The notes: a model not told the origin generated them from the sequence alone. 64,000 nucleotides of DNA from an uncultured Candidatus Pelagibacter sp. (GCA_905618905.1 CAJQTH010000015.1:2303-66302), one strand, 5' to 3'. Counted from the stretch's first letter, positions 10,690 through 20,974 are shown. Program-made: numbers and translations.

Positions 10690-10698
10690 ACTGCGCTT

Positions 10699-10959
10699 AT
10701 GGCAAACACAAAATCCGCAATTAAAAGAATTAGAAAAATTGCTACGCAAACACTGGTTAATAAGGCTCGTAAGAGCAAGTATAGAAATGCGATAAAAAAA
10801 ATGAATTTACTTCTAGTTGAAAAGAAAAAAGATGAAGCTTTAAAATTCTTGCCAAAGTTGAATTCTGAATTAATGAAAGTTGCAAAAACTGGAATTATAA
10901 AGAAAGCGAATGCTTCAAGAAACATTTCAAGAATAACAAAGAAAATTTCAGCCTTATAA
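10699..10959 (+). CDS. rpsT: 30S ribosomal protein S20
   Basis: MANTKSAIKRIR...KANASRNISRI; start trimmed from the ORF track. Confidence 0.95.
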   Translation: MANTKSAIKRIRKIATQTLVNKARKSKYRNAIKKMNLLLVEKKKDEALKFLPKLNSELMKVAKTGIIKKANASRNISRITKKISAL

Positions 10960-11228
10960 TAAATTATATAAGTCGATCATAAATTTCAACTAATAGTACT
11001 TACATCATATAAGAAATCTTATCTTGGGATTAACCATATATAGATTTAGTATAACAATGCAAAACACAATTTGTAAATCATGCACTCATAGATTTTAAAT
11101 TTGTAAAATTTAATCGTTCAATCAAACAACACTTTGGCAAAATAATTTCTAAGATTGAAAACAGACCACTACCTGATTGTAATATTATATAGCATTTGAA
11201 ATAACATTCCCGTTAGAAATGAATCACC

Positions 11229-11320
11229 TATAGATTTTATTTATTTTCATTTTATCGAAATTATTTATTGCAAATATAGATTTTATTTATTTTTGCTTTT
11301 ACAAAATTATTCATTGCAAA
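11229..11320. repeat. Imperfect 46-bp tandem repeat upstream of dnaA
   Basis: tatagattttatttattttcattttatcgaaattatttattgcaaa (11229-11274) followed by tatagattttatttatttttgcttttacaaaattattcattgcaaa (11275-11320). Confidence 0.8.
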
Positions 11321-11363
11321 AAAATTATTTATCTTCTAACTGACTTTATTCCTACAATTTTTT

Positions 11364-12776
11364 ATGACAAATAAAAATACAACACAAAATATAAAAGATG
11401 TATCTTCTGAAGCTCTAGACTGGGTTGTGATTCAAAAGGATATGAAAAATAAGCTAGGTAGTGATATATATGAAAGCTGGCTTAGAAAGATAGACTTTGT
11501 TGAGGAGTTGAATAGTTATGTCTTACTTTCAGTTTCCACCAGATTCATTCGAGATTGGATTACCTCAAGATATTTAGATCAAATTTTGCAAATAGTAAAA
11601 ATTTATAAGAAAGATTTAACAAGAATAGAGTTTAAGATTATTGAAAAAAATTCTAAAAATGAAATAGAAAATAATATTCATAAAAATGAAAATAATGAAA
11701 ACGTATCCTTCATTAAAGATACATATTTGCAATACAACAGAATAGATCCAAATAAAAGATTTGATAATTTCATAACAGGAACAAGTAATAAACTAGCCTA
11801 TGAAGCATCTATGAAAGTTTCAGAAAATATTTCTCATTATAATCCGCTTTATATTTATGGAGGTGTTGGAATGGGAAAAACACATTTATTAAATTCAATT
11901 GGTCTTTCATTAAAAGAAAAAAATAAAGTTATGTTTATTTCTGCTGAGAGATTTATGTATCAGTTTGTAAAATCAATTAAATCTAATGATATGGTAAAGT
12001 TTAAAGAGTATTTTAGAAACACCGACATATTATTGATAGATGACATTCAATTCATGAATGGTAAAGAAGCAATGCAAGAAGAATTTTTTCATACGTTTAA
12101 TGCATTATTAGATAAAGGTTCACAAGTGATAATCTCTGCCGACAGAGCTCCAAACAAATTATCAAGAATTCAAGATAGAATTAAATCAAGATTTGCTGGT
12201 GGTCTTGTTGTTGATATACAAAAACCAGACTATGAACTAAGAAATAAAATTGTTAAGCAAAAAACAGAGGAACTTAATATTTTTTATTCAAATCAAGTAA
12301 ATATTTCAGAGGAAATACAAAAATTTATAAGTACAGAAATAACTACGAGTATTAGAGAGTTAGTAGGAGCAATTAATAGAATTGTTTCTTTTTCAAGAAT
12401 TTACAACAAAGTTCCAAATTTATCAGAGGTTAAAGTAGTTTTAAAAGATCTATTAAATATTGGAGAAAACAAGGTAACAATAGATTTAATACAATCGACT
12501 GTATGTAAGTTCTTTAAAATTAGTAAAAGTGAGATGCTTTCAGCAAGAAGATCAAGATACCTTGTCAGACCAAGACAAACAGCAATATATTTAACAAAAA
12601 TTTTGACATCCAAGTCATTACCCGAGATTGGAAGAGAATTTTCTAATAGAGATCACACAACAATCATTCATTCGGTTAAAACTATTGAAAAATTAAAGGA
12701 AAATGACTCAGAAATGACAAACAATATTAATAATCTAAAAAATCAGATATTGTATAATAAAGAAAATGAAATTTAA
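11364..12776 (+). CDS. dnaA: Chromosomal replication initiator
   Basis: NPLYIYGGVGMGKTHL, LLIDDIQF, QEEFFHTFN, RDHTTIIH. Confidence 0.98.
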   Translation: MTNKNTTQNIKDVSSEALDWVVIQKDMKNKLGSDIYESWLRKIDFVEELNSYVLLSVSTRFIRDWITSRYLDQILQIVKIYKKDLTRIEFKIIEKNSKNEIENNIHKNENNENVSFIKDTYLQYNRIDPNKRFDNFITGTSNKLAYEASMKVSENISHYNPLYIYGGVGMGKTHLLNSIGLSLKEKNKVMFISAERFMYQFVKSIKSNDMVKFKEYFRNTDILLIDDIQFMNGKEAMQEEFFHTFNALLDKGSQVIISADRAPNKLSRIQDRIKSRFAGGLVVDIQKPDYELRNKIVKQKTEELNIFYSNQVNISEEIQKFISTEITTSIRELVGAINRIVSFSRIYNKVPNLSEVKVVLKDLLNIGENKVTIDLIQSTVCKFFKISKSEMLSARRSRYLVRPRQTAIYLTKILTSKSLPEIGREFSNRDHTTIIHSVKTIEKLKENDSEMTNNINNLKNQILYNKENEI

Positions 12777-13878
12777 CGTTAATCAACAAGACCTGCAACA
12801 AGCACTTAATTATTGCCAAGGTGTAATTGAAAAAAGAAGCACACTTCCTATTCTGTCAAATGTTTTATTAAATGCGAGTAATTCAAATCTAACAATTACT
12901 GCAACAGATTTAGATTTAATATTTATTCATCAAATTAACAATGTTGAAGTTATAGAAGAAGGAAACACGACCACTACGTCATCTATTATGTATGATATAA
13001 TAAGAAAATTTTCATCAGGAAAAAAAATTAATTTATCTTTAACGGACGTCAGCAAGCTTCAAGTTGAGTCTGAAAAATCTGTTTTCAATCTAAATTGTAT
13101 TAGTGCATCTGAGTTTCCACTAACAGACGAAAACTTTAATCAAAATGAATTTTCTATAAAATCAAAACAATTACTAAAATTATTAAATAAATGTAAATTT
13201 TCAGTTTCTAATGATGAAACTAGACACTATTTAAGTGGAATTTTTTTTCATCAAACACAAATTGAAGATAAAAATTTTTTAACAGCAGCAGCTACAGATA
13301 GTCATAGAATGTCAATTTCAAAAATAAGATTGGACCAGCAAGTAGATTTTGAACCAATAATACTTCCTAAAAAAACAATTTTTCAACTATGTTCGTTGTT
13401 AGAAAGTTACGATGGTAATGTTAAAATTTCAAATATTAAATCTAAGATAAAATTTGAACTAAATAATAGCATATTGATATCTAAGTTAATTGATGGAAAA
13501 TTTCCAAATTATATTCAGGTAATACCTAAGAACAATCAAAAGAAACTAGAAATAGATTTAAAATTATTTTTAGACTCCGTTGATAGAGTTGCCTCAGTTT
13601 CATTGGATAAAAAAGACGGAGTTAAATTTAACTTGTCGAAAGACGTTTTAAACTTATCAGTTAACAACACAAATAGTGGCGATGGAAAAGAAAGTTTAAC
13701 TGTAAAGTTTGAACATGATCTAGAAATAAGTTTTAATTCTAGATATTTAATTGATGTAGCGTCACAACTTGATGGCGACAAGATTGAAATTTTTTTCAAT
13801 GACACAGGGTCTCCTGCATTAATTAAAGATCCGGGTGATTTTGATAGTATATTTGTTGTAATGCCTATGAAAGGCTAG
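12766..13878 (+). CDS. dnaN: DNA polymerase III beta clamp
   Basis: TLPILSNV, ATDLD, ETRHYLSG, ATDSHR, KLIDGKFP, VVMPM. Confidence 0.97.
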   Translation: MKFNVNQQDLQQALNYCQGVIEKRSTLPILSNVLLNASNSNLTITATDLDLIFIHQINNVEVIEEGNTTTTSSIMYDIIRKFSSGKKINLSLTDVSKLQVESEKSVFNLNCISASEFPLTDENFNQNEFSIKSKQLLKLLNKCKFSVSNDETRHYLSGIFFHQTQIEDKNFLTAAATDSHRMSISKIRLDQQVDFEPIILPKKTIFQLCSLLESYDGNVKISNIKSKIKFELNNSILISKLIDGKFPNYIQVIPKNNQKKLEIDLKLFLDSVDRVASVSLDKKDGVKFNLSKDVLNLSVNNTNSGDGKESLTVKFEHDLEISFNSRYLIDVASQLDGDKIEIFFNDTGSPALIKDPGDFDSIFVVMPMKG

Positions 13879-14576
13879 TTCAAAGTATCAAGTTCAGAAT
13901 AAATAACATTTTCCAATTCTTTTGTAAAAATTTCTTTGCTCAACCCGGGTTTAATGGGTTTTAAAATTGAAACTGTTAGAATGTTATTAATTTTTTTTTG
14001 ACCATGTTTTGGCCAAGTATTCCCAGAATTGATTGCAATTGGTTGGCATGAAATATTTAATTCTTCATAAATTCTACCAGATCCTTTTTTAAATGGAGTT
14101 CTATCTTCTGGAGATAGCCTTGTTCCTTGTGGAAAAATTATTAATGGTCTTTCTGATGAATTTACTTGTTTAGAAATATCATCAAAAAAACCCAAGTTTT
14201 CTCTAGAAATTTTGTTTCTTTTAATTGAAATTGATCCTATTTTTTTTAAATACCAGCCAAATATGGGAATCATTAGTAATTCTTTTTTTAAAATAAAAAC
14301 AGGAGAATTAAAGATAGTTTGTAAAAAAAAAGTTTCAAACATTGATTGGTGTGAAGCAGCTATAAAAAATTTTTTTCCTCTAATTATGTTTTCTTTACCT
14401 TTAATGATTATCTTTGTTGATAAAAATATTTTTAAACATAGGGATGTCCAAAAACCCATAATTTTTCCACCAAATAAAACTATTTTTTTTGGTAGTAAAA
14501 TTGCTGGCAAGAAGATTATGGAAATAAAAACTATTCCTGAGAAAAAAAATAATGAAAATAAAAAATTTCTTATCAT
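13875..14576 (-). CDS. plsC: 1-acyl-sn-glycerol-3-phosphate acyltransferase
   Basis: SHQSMFET, FILKKEL, IFPQGTR motifs; start could be TTG at 14585. Confidence 0.85.
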   Translation of the reverse strand: MIRNFLFSLFFFSGIVFISIIFLPAILLPKKIVLFGGKIMGFWTSLCLKIFLSTKIIIKGKENIIRGKKFFIAASHQSMFETFFLQTIFNSPVFILKKELLMIPIFGWYLKKIGSISIKRNKISRENLGFFDDISKQVNSSERPLIIFPQGTRLSPEDRTPFKKGSGRIYEELNISCQPIAINSGNTWPKHGQKKINNILTVSILKPIKPGLSKEIFTKELENVIYSELDTLN

Positions 14577-14588
14577 ATTAATCAAAAA

Positions 14589-15803
14589 CTAAATCAAATC
14601 TTTTAGTTTTTGTCTTTTCTTAATAATATTAATCTTTGATCCTTTAATTATTAATTCTGCTGGTTTTGGCCTTACGTTATAATTTGAGCTTAGTGACATT
14701 CCATAAGCCCCAACATCACACATTACCACGAGATCTTTTTCTTTTAATTTCTGAAAACCTTTTATAGTTGTAAATTTATCTGTACTTTCACAAATTGGTC
14801 CAACAAATTCATAAGTTTTTTTTGATATGTTATTACTTTTTACTACAGGTATAGTTTGGTGATTAGCACCATATAATGCTGGCCTCATAAGATCATTCAT
14901 TGCAGCATCTAATATGATGAAATCTTTTTTAATGTTTTCTTTTATATAAATAACTTGAGAAACTAAAAATCCAATATTACCAACTATAGATCGTCCAGGT
15001 TCAAATATTATTTTCGCTTTTTTGCCCTTTAAAAATTTTTGTATAGCAATGTTATATCTTTGATAGTTTAGTTTTTTACTATTTTTTTCATAAGAAATAC
15101 CCATACCTCCACCCAGATCAATAAATTCAAAGGTATGACCACTTTTTTTTATTATTTTATTCACAACATTGAGCATTTTTTCATATGGCTTGTGATCTAA
15201 AATTTGACTGCCGATATGAACACTTAAGCATTTAAGATTAATGTTTTTAGAATGATTTGTAAAATTTACTAATTCAAAAAAAGTTTTTTCATCTACACCA
15301 AATTTATTTTCTTTTTTTCCAGTTGAAATTTGTTTTAATGTCTTGGCATCTGTATTGGGGTTAAGTCTAATACCTATATTGACTATTTTTTTTTTTAATC
15401 TTGCAGTTTTTTCAATTTCAATAATTTCACTTTTGGATTCAGCATTTATTAATAAAATTTTTTTATCAATTGCATAACTAATTTCAGTTGAGGTTTTACC
15501 CACTCCTGAAAAAACAATTTTTTTTGGATCCATGCCAGCTTTTAGAGCCATCATTAACTCACCCATTGAAACAACATCAGCACCTAACCCTAATTTCCTA
15601 ATTTCTCTTATCAGGCTCACATTGGTATTAGATTTTACTGCAAAACAGATTAGTGGAGAAAAAGAGCTAAAATTTTTTTTAAAATTTTTTATGTTTTCTG
15701 TTAGTTGTTTATATGAATAACAATAAGTTGGAGTACCAAAATTTTTTGCTATTTTTTGAACTTTAACTTTTTCAATTGTTAAGTTTTTATCTATATATTT
15801 CAT
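14589..15803 (-). CDS. lysA: Diaminopimelate decarboxylase
   Basis: FAVKSN, HIGSQ, DLGGG, EPGR, GPICES, GAYG. Confidence 0.96.
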   Translation of the reverse strand: MKYIDKNLTIEKVKVQKIAKNFGTPTYCYSYKQLTENIKNFKKNFSSFSPLICFAVKSNTNVSLIREIRKLGLGADVVSMGELMMALKAGMDPKKIVFSGVGKTSTEISYAIDKKILLINAESKSEIIEIEKTARLKKKIVNIGIRLNPNTDAKTLKQISTGKKENKFGVDEKTFFELVNFTNHSKNINLKCLSVHIGSQILDHKPYEKMLNVVNKIIKKSGHTFEFIDLGGGMGISYEKNSKKLNYQRYNIAIQKFLKGKKAKIIFEPGRSIVGNIGFLVSQVIYIKENIKKDFIILDAAMNDLMRPALYGANHQTIPVVKSNNISKKTYEFVGPICESTDKFTTIKGFQKLKEKDLVVMCDVGAYGMSLSSNYNVRPKPAELIIKGSKINIIKKRQKLKDLI

Positions 15804-15919
15804 CAATCTACTGACTTAAGAAAAACTATTTCATTTCCGTTATATTGAGGATCTCCCTTTTTTCCACATGAAAATAAGAAAGAACAAAATATAGAAATTA
15901 AAATTAATTTTTTTATCAT
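15803..15919 (-). CDS. Small lipoprotein, LptM/YifL/LppL-like (38 aa, not in ORF track)
   Basis: MIKKLILISIFCSFLFSCGKKGDPQYNGNEIVFLKSVD; lipobox LFS-C then CGKKG.P; fills the argH-lysA gap, TGATG overlap with lysA. Confidence 0.8.
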   Translation of the reverse strand: MIKKLILISIFCSFLFSCGKKGDPQYNGNEIVFLKSVD

Positions 15920-15920
15920 T

Positions 15921-17309
15921 TTAAACTTTTTTATATTTCATTATCATTTTTTTAATATTATCAAAAGACGTTCCACCGTAAGATTTTTTAGAGTTTACAG
16001 AGTTTTTTACATTAAATATTTTTAAAACTTCAATTGTAAGCTTCGGTTCAATTTTCTTTAGTTCATCAATATTTAATTCATTCAATTTTTTCTTTTTCTT
16101 TTCTGCATAATTCACAATAGAAGCAGTAGTTTTGTATGCTTTTCTAAATGGTATTGAGTGATTTTTAACAAGATAGTCGGCTAAGTCAGTAGCCGTAATA
16201 TATCCTGAGTTTGCAAGGTCTAACATTTGTTGTTTATTAGGTTTTAGATTTTTTAAAACCTCATTTAGGATAGCGATACTATTATTAAGGATTTCATTAG
16301 ACTTGAAGAGTATTTCCTTGTCATCTTGAAGATCTTTAAAATAAGATATGGGAAGTCCCTTTAGAATTGTCAGCATTGAAAACAAATTTCCATAAACCAT
16401 TCCGGTTTTACCTCTTAAATATTCTAATAAATCAGGATTTTTCTTTTGAGGCATTATTGAAGAACCAGTTACTACTTTGTCAGAAAGTGTAATTAAGTTG
16501 AAGCCATCAGAATTCCAAATAATAAGCTCTTCAGCAATTCTTGAAATATGCATCGAACAAACAGAAGCGCTATATAAAAAATCCAAAACAAAATCTCTAT
16601 CTGCGACAGTATCAATTGAATTATTGGTTGGTCTTTTAAATCCTAGTTTTTTTGAAGTAAAATTTCTATCAATATTAAAAGAAGTACCTGTTAAGGCTGC
16701 AACACCCAGCGGACTCTCTGATAAACTTTCTAAATTATAGGTAAATCTTTTTTTGTCCCTAGTAAACATTTCCACATAAGCCATTAAATAATGAGCAAAA
16801 GACACTGCTTGTGCATTTTTTAAATGAGTAAATCCAGGCATTATGGTTTCAATATTTTTTTCTGAAATTTTGAGAATAGTCTTAATGATATTGTCTAGAT
16901 TTTTATTAATTTCTTTAGTTGCTGAAGTCGTCCACATTTTAAAATCAGTAATCACCTGATCATTTCTAGATCTAGCTGTGTGTACATATCCGGCCTCTTC
17001 TCCTATAATTTGAAATAATCTTTTTTCAATATTCATATGAATATCTTCATACTTTCTATTATACTCAAATTTATTTTTTAAAATTTCTTTCTCAATTTTA
17101 TTGAGTCCAAAAATTATTTTATTCTTAATTTTAAAAGAAATAATTTTTTGTCTAAATAACATCTCAACATGCGCAATTGATCCTAAAATATCTTCTTGAA
17201 AAAGCTTTTTATCTATATCTATTGAATTACCAACTTTTTGAAATAAAGTTGAGGGATCTTTTTTTATTCTTGACCCCCATATTGCCGTATTGTTTTTATT
17301 TTTTACCAT
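15921..17309 (-). CDS. argH: Argininosuccinate lyase
   Basis: EDIHMNIE, HTARSRNDQV, MPGFTHL, GSSIMPQKKNPD. Confidence 0.97.
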   Translation of the reverse strand: MVKNKNNTAIWGSRIKKDPSTLFQKVGNSIDIDKKLFQEDILGSIAHVEMLFRQKIISFKIKNKIIFGLNKIEKEILKNKFEYNRKYEDIHMNIEKRLFQIIGEEAGYVHTARSRNDQVITDFKMWTTSATKEINKNLDNIIKTILKISEKNIETIMPGFTHLKNAQAVSFAHYLMAYVEMFTRDKKRFTYNLESLSESPLGVAALTGTSFNIDRNFTSKKLGFKRPTNNSIDTVADRDFVLDFLYSASVCSMHISRIAEELIIWNSDGFNLITLSDKVVTGSSIMPQKKNPDLLEYLRGKTGMVYGNLFSMLTILKGLPISYFKDLQDDKEILFKSNEILNNSIAILNEVLKNLKPNKQQMLDLANSGYITATDLADYLVKNHSIPFRKAYKTTASIVNYAEKKKKKLNELNIDELKKIEPKLTIEVLKIFNVKNSVNSKKSYGGTSFDNIKKMIMKYKKV

Positions 17310-17333
17310 GATAATTAATTATACATATTTAGT

Positions 17334-17849
17334 ATGAAATTATTATTAATATTTATCTACCTAATAACCTGTAACATTGGTCATGCTCTAGAAAAACCTA
17401 ATATAAAAAATTTAGTTATATTAAAAAATCCAAAAATATATGAGGAAGTATTTTTTAAGGATTCAAACGATTACGATGTAAATTTAGATGATTTTAGAGG
17501 AAAATTGTTAATATTAAATTTTTGGGCTACTTGGTGTGCTCCTTGTAGAGAGGAGATGCCATCTCTAGATGATTTACAATCAAATAGTGACTTTGATAAT
17601 TTAAAAATTTTTCCTATTAATATTGGCCAAGAAAATCTTTCTAAATCCGATTCCTTTTTTAACGAAATAGGTATTCAAAATCTAGAGATATATTTTGATG
17701 CACCAATTACTCTAGCTAAAAAATTTTCTTTAAGAGGGGTTCCCACAACTATTTTATTTAATAAAAAAGGTGAAGAGTTTGGACGTATTATGGGATCTAT
17801 TGATTTTAATAACTTAGAGTTTATTAATTGGCTAAAACAATACGATTAA
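17334..17849 (+). CDS. TlpA-family thiol:disulfide oxidoreductase
   Basis: NFWATWCAPCREEMP; divergent from argH. Confidence 0.9.
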   Translation: MKLLLIFIYLITCNIGHALEKPNIKNLVILKNPKIYEEVFFKDSNDYDVNLDDFRGKLLILNFWATWCAPCREEMPSLDDLQSNSDFDNLKIFPINIGQENLSKSDSFFNEIGIQNLEIYFDAPITLAKKFSLRGVPTTILFNKKGEEFGRIMGSIDFNNLEFINWLKQYD

Positions 17850-18049
17850 TTTTTAAAAAAATAAGCAAAACAAACCAAAACAATTATGGCTATAAATTGA
17901 AAAAGTACTCTGTACTGCATTAGTTTATTTGAATATTTTTTACTAGTTTCGCCACCCTTGAATAAGGTTCCTATCCCTAAGAGCAAAACGACTGCTACGA
18001 CTATTAAAAGTGTAATACCTAAAATTTTAACTAATGTTCCAGTTACCAT
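17846..18049 (-). CDS. Twin transmembrane helix small protein (HIG1-like)
   Basis: Two hydrophobic helices around SNKLMQYRVLFQ. Confidence 0.8.
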   Translation of the reverse strand: MVTGTLVKILGITLLIVVAVVLLLGIGTLFKGGETSKKYSNKLMQYRVLFQFIAIIVLVCFAYFFKN

Positions 18050-18098
18050 AAAACTATTGTAGAATGATTTTTAATAAAAAAAACATAATAAAACATCT

Positions 18099-18755
18099 AT
18101 GACACTTTGTCTATCAACCACAATCATTAAGCCAGAAAAAGATATACCAGTTAATAATGCTATTATTTTACTTCACGGCTATGGTGGTGATGGAAAAGAC
18201 ATAAGTATGTTGACCTTAAATTGGAAAAGATTTCTACCTAATACTATTTTTTTATGTCCAGATGGTCACGAAGAATGTAAAATTAACCCAGTAGGCTTTC
18301 AATGGTTTGATTTAACCAAAGATGATCCAATTTATATCCTAAAAGAGTCTAAAAAAGCAGAAAGTAAACTTCAAAAATATATTGAAGAAGTTAAAAGTGA
18401 GTATAACCTCAACAATTCTCAAATTTGCTTATCAGGGTTTAGTCAAGGATGCATGATGTCTATTAATTTGGGTTTAACCGCTAATCAAAATTATAATTGT
18501 ATCGTTGGTTTTTCTGGTAAAATAATAAGTCAAGATGATCTTAGCAAAAGAAAATCTTCTACTACTAAAATGCTCTTGATACATGGCGATCAAGACGCAG
18601 TTGTGTCACCAACATTTTTGTTAGATGCAAAAGATTTCTTAATTAGAAATAATATTGAAATTGAAACAAAAATGATAGAGAATTGTGATCATCATATTCC
18701 TATTGAAGCATCAAGTGTAGCTTTAAATTATATTAAAAATAATTTTCAAATATAA
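18099..18755 (+). CDS. Phospholipase/carboxylesterase
   Basis: LLHGYG, GFSQG, HGDQD. Confidence 0.88.
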   Translation: MTLCLSTTIIKPEKDIPVNNAIILLHGYGGDGKDISMLTLNWKRFLPNTIFLCPDGHEECKINPVGFQWFDLTKDDPIYILKESKKAESKLQKYIEEVKSEYNLNNSQICLSGFSQGCMMSINLGLTANQNYNCIVGFSGKIISQDDLSKRKSSTTKMLLIHGDQDAVVSPTFLLDAKDFLIRNNIEIETKMIENCDHHIPIEASSVALNYIKNNFQI

Positions 18756-18806
18756 TTAAATACTATTTATTGATAAATTAATTTTTTTCAGTTAGAATTT
18801 TTTATA

Positions 18807-19373
18807 ATGATTTTTAATGATCAGAGCTTGTCTTTAGAGAGATGTCCTGCATTAGTCTTAAATGCTGATTATAGGCCTTTAAGCTATTATCCATTGTCTT
18901 TATGGAGTTGGCAAGATTCTATAAAATCTGTTTTTTTAGATAGAGTTACTATAGTTAGTAATTATGACAGAATTATTAGAAGCCCATCGTTTAATATGAG
19001 ATTACCAAGCGTTATTGCATTAAAAAGTTTTATAAAACCACAGTCCAATCCTAGCTTCACTAGATTTAATGTTTTTTTAAGAGATAAATTTTCATGTCAA
19101 TACTGCGGGAGTGGTGAAGATCTTACTTTTGACCATTTACTTCCAAGATCTAAAGGTGGACAAACTAACTGGGATAATGTTGTAACTGCTTGTTCTCCAT
19201 GCAATGTAAAAAAAGGTGGAAGATTATTAAAAAATTTGGATATGAGCTTAAATCAGGAGCCATATCAACCATCTACAGAAGACCTACATAAAAATGGTAA
19301 AAATTTCCCACCAAATTTTCTACACAAGAGCTGGATGGATTATTTGTATTGGGATGTTGAGTTAGAAGCTTAA
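18807..19373 (+). CDS. HNH endonuclease family protein
   Basis: LVLNADYRPL, CQYCG, TFDHLLPRSKGG, WDNVVTACSPCN; upstream TTGATA-17-TAGAAT. Confidence 0.9.
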   Translation: MIFNDQSLSLERCPALVLNADYRPLSYYPLSLWSWQDSIKSVFLDRVTIVSNYDRIIRSPSFNMRLPSVIALKSFIKPQSNPSFTRFNVFLRDKFSCQYCGSGEDLTFDHLLPRSKGGQTNWDNVVTACSPCNVKKGGRLLKNLDMSLNQEPYQPSTEDLHKNGKNFPPNFLHKSWMDYLYWDVELEA

Positions 19374-19907
19374 TTATATTTTTTCAGAAATATTAATAGC
19401 AATTTTTGATCCAGTTTTAATTAATTTATCTAAAATAGAATATATTCCTTTTTTAGTTGCACCTTCTTTATAGGCTATATCCTTGTGATGTAATTCATCT
19501 TCCCTAAACTTAATTATTTTTTCTTTTAATTTTTTCTCATCATTTTCTAATGCATTAATTTGATCTAAATAATGTTCGTCAATTACTTCTTCTACTGAAG
19601 CAGTGCATAGCATAGCAGCCTTCTTCCCCAAGATTGTTGAACCAAAACCAAGTCCGACACCAAGTAAATCCCACAAAGGTAAAAATTTTGTTGGTTTTAT
19701 ATTTCTTTTTTTAATTTCATTTTCAAAATACTCACAGTGTTCTTTTTCGTGAATTTTCATTTCTTCAATTTTCTTTCTTAGATTTTCATCTTTAACAAAT
19801 GTATTTAGAGCTAGTAATTGACCTTCATAAATTTTTACTGCTCCTCGTTCACCTGCATGATCAACTCGAATAAATTCTTTTACTTTTTCTTTATTTGTTT
19901 TTTTCAT
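19374..19907 (-). CDS. coq7: Demethoxyubiquinone hydroxylase
   Basis: RVDHAGERGA, EKEH, VEEVIDEHY, DELHH di-iron motifs. Confidence 0.92.
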   Translation of the reverse strand: MKKTNKEKVKEFIRVDHAGERGAVKIYEGQLLALNTFVKDENLRKKIEEMKIHEKEHCEYFENEIKKRNIKPTKFLPLWDLLGVGLGFGSTILGKKAAMLCTASVEEVIDEHYLDQINALENDEKKLKEKIIKFREDELHHKDIAYKEGATKKGIYSILDKLIKTGSKIAINISEKI

Positions 19908-20370
19908 AAGTTAAAAAAAGTTTTATAGTTATAGTTGTAATTATTAAAGAGATAAAAATATTTATTGTAGCAAGAGATAAGCCAAAAATTTTAAAAGTTG
20001 CATCTTTACAGCTAACTGTGACCTCTTGTAGCTGACTTAAGAGTGTTTCTTTAGTCAAATCAGTATTGTTAGAATTTAAGTCACAAACTAAAGACTCTTT
20101 TATGAAACCTTGCTCTATTCCAAAGTGATAAAAGGATATAACAAACGCTATAGTGAATGTAATACTTAAAATTATTAAAAAAAATCTTTCAAACTTTTGA
20201 ATAAAAATAAAAAGTAAAATTATAACTATTGAAACGATATAAGGTATTCTTTCAATTAAACAAAGATTACAAGGTTGATGACCTAAAATATATTCAATAA
20301 AATAGGCTGCTGAAATAGCAAAAATACTGAATAATAATATAAGATGAAGAGTAGTTTTTCGGTCAATCAT
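19891..20370 (-). CDS. dsbB: Disulfide bond formation protein B
   Basis: PCNLCLIER, four TM helices, second Cys pair. Confidence 0.85.
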   Translation of the reverse strand: MIDRKTTLHLILLFSIFAISAAYFIEYILGHQPCNLCLIERIPYIVSIVIILLFIFIQKFERFFLIILSITFTIAFVISFYHFGIEQGFIKESLVCDLNSNNTDLTKETLLSQLQEVTVSCKDATFKIFGLSLATINIFISLIITTITIKLFLTYEKNK

Positions 20371-20377
20371 ATTTTTG

Positions 20378-20974
20378 TTATTTAATTACAAAATATATTA
20401 GGGCAAAAATTAATACAATTATAATACCCAAAATTGTAAACCATTTTGAAGCATCAGTTTTCATAAATTTGTTAAAAATATCACCAAATTTATATGATAG
20501 GTATGAGACGATAAAAAATCTTAACCCTCTAGAAAATAGACAAATAATGAAAAATATAGGCAAATTAAAACTAATCATGCCACTAGTTATTGTAAACACT
20601 TTAAAGGGCAAAGGCGTAAATCCAGCAAGAAATAAAGTAGCAAGCCACACATAAAGACCACTTTCTTTAGATAAGCTATTTTTAAGATTAATTACCTTTT
20701 CATCATAATTATAAAATTCTACCACAATCATTCCAAAATCAAAAAAGTAAGATCCAATGAAATATCCAAGAATACCTCCAAGTGAAGAAAATAAAGTAGC
20801 TATTAAAAAAATTTTTAAATAATTATTTTTTTTTGCAATAACCATTGGAACAATCATAACGTCAGGTGGGATTGGAAAAAAAGAACTCTCAGTAAAAGAT
20901 AAAATTGCAAGATAAGTATTTGACCTCTTGTGAGCAGCGAGTTTTAAAGTTTTTTGATATAATTCATTAAGCAT
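20378..20974 (-). CDS. YqaA/DedA family membrane protein
   Basis: SFTESSFFPIPPD, GFTPLPFKVFTI, SRGLRFF. Confidence 0.88.
   Translation of the reverse strand: MLNELYQKTLKLAAHKRSNTYLAILSFTESSFFPIPPDVMIVPMVIAKKNNYLKIFLIATLFSSLGGILGYFIGSYFFDFGMIVVEFYNYDEKVINLKNSLSKESGLYVWLATLFLAGFTPLPFKVFTITSGMISFNLPIFFIICLFSRGLRFFIVSYLSYKFGDIFNKFMKTDASKWFTILGIIIVLIFALIYFVIK

Noticed and set aside
18807-19373. HNH gene as a mobile homing endonuclease or defence system
   Set aside because: No flanking repeats, intron, methylase or other defence genes; resembles the stand-alone HNH family common in alphaproteobacteria
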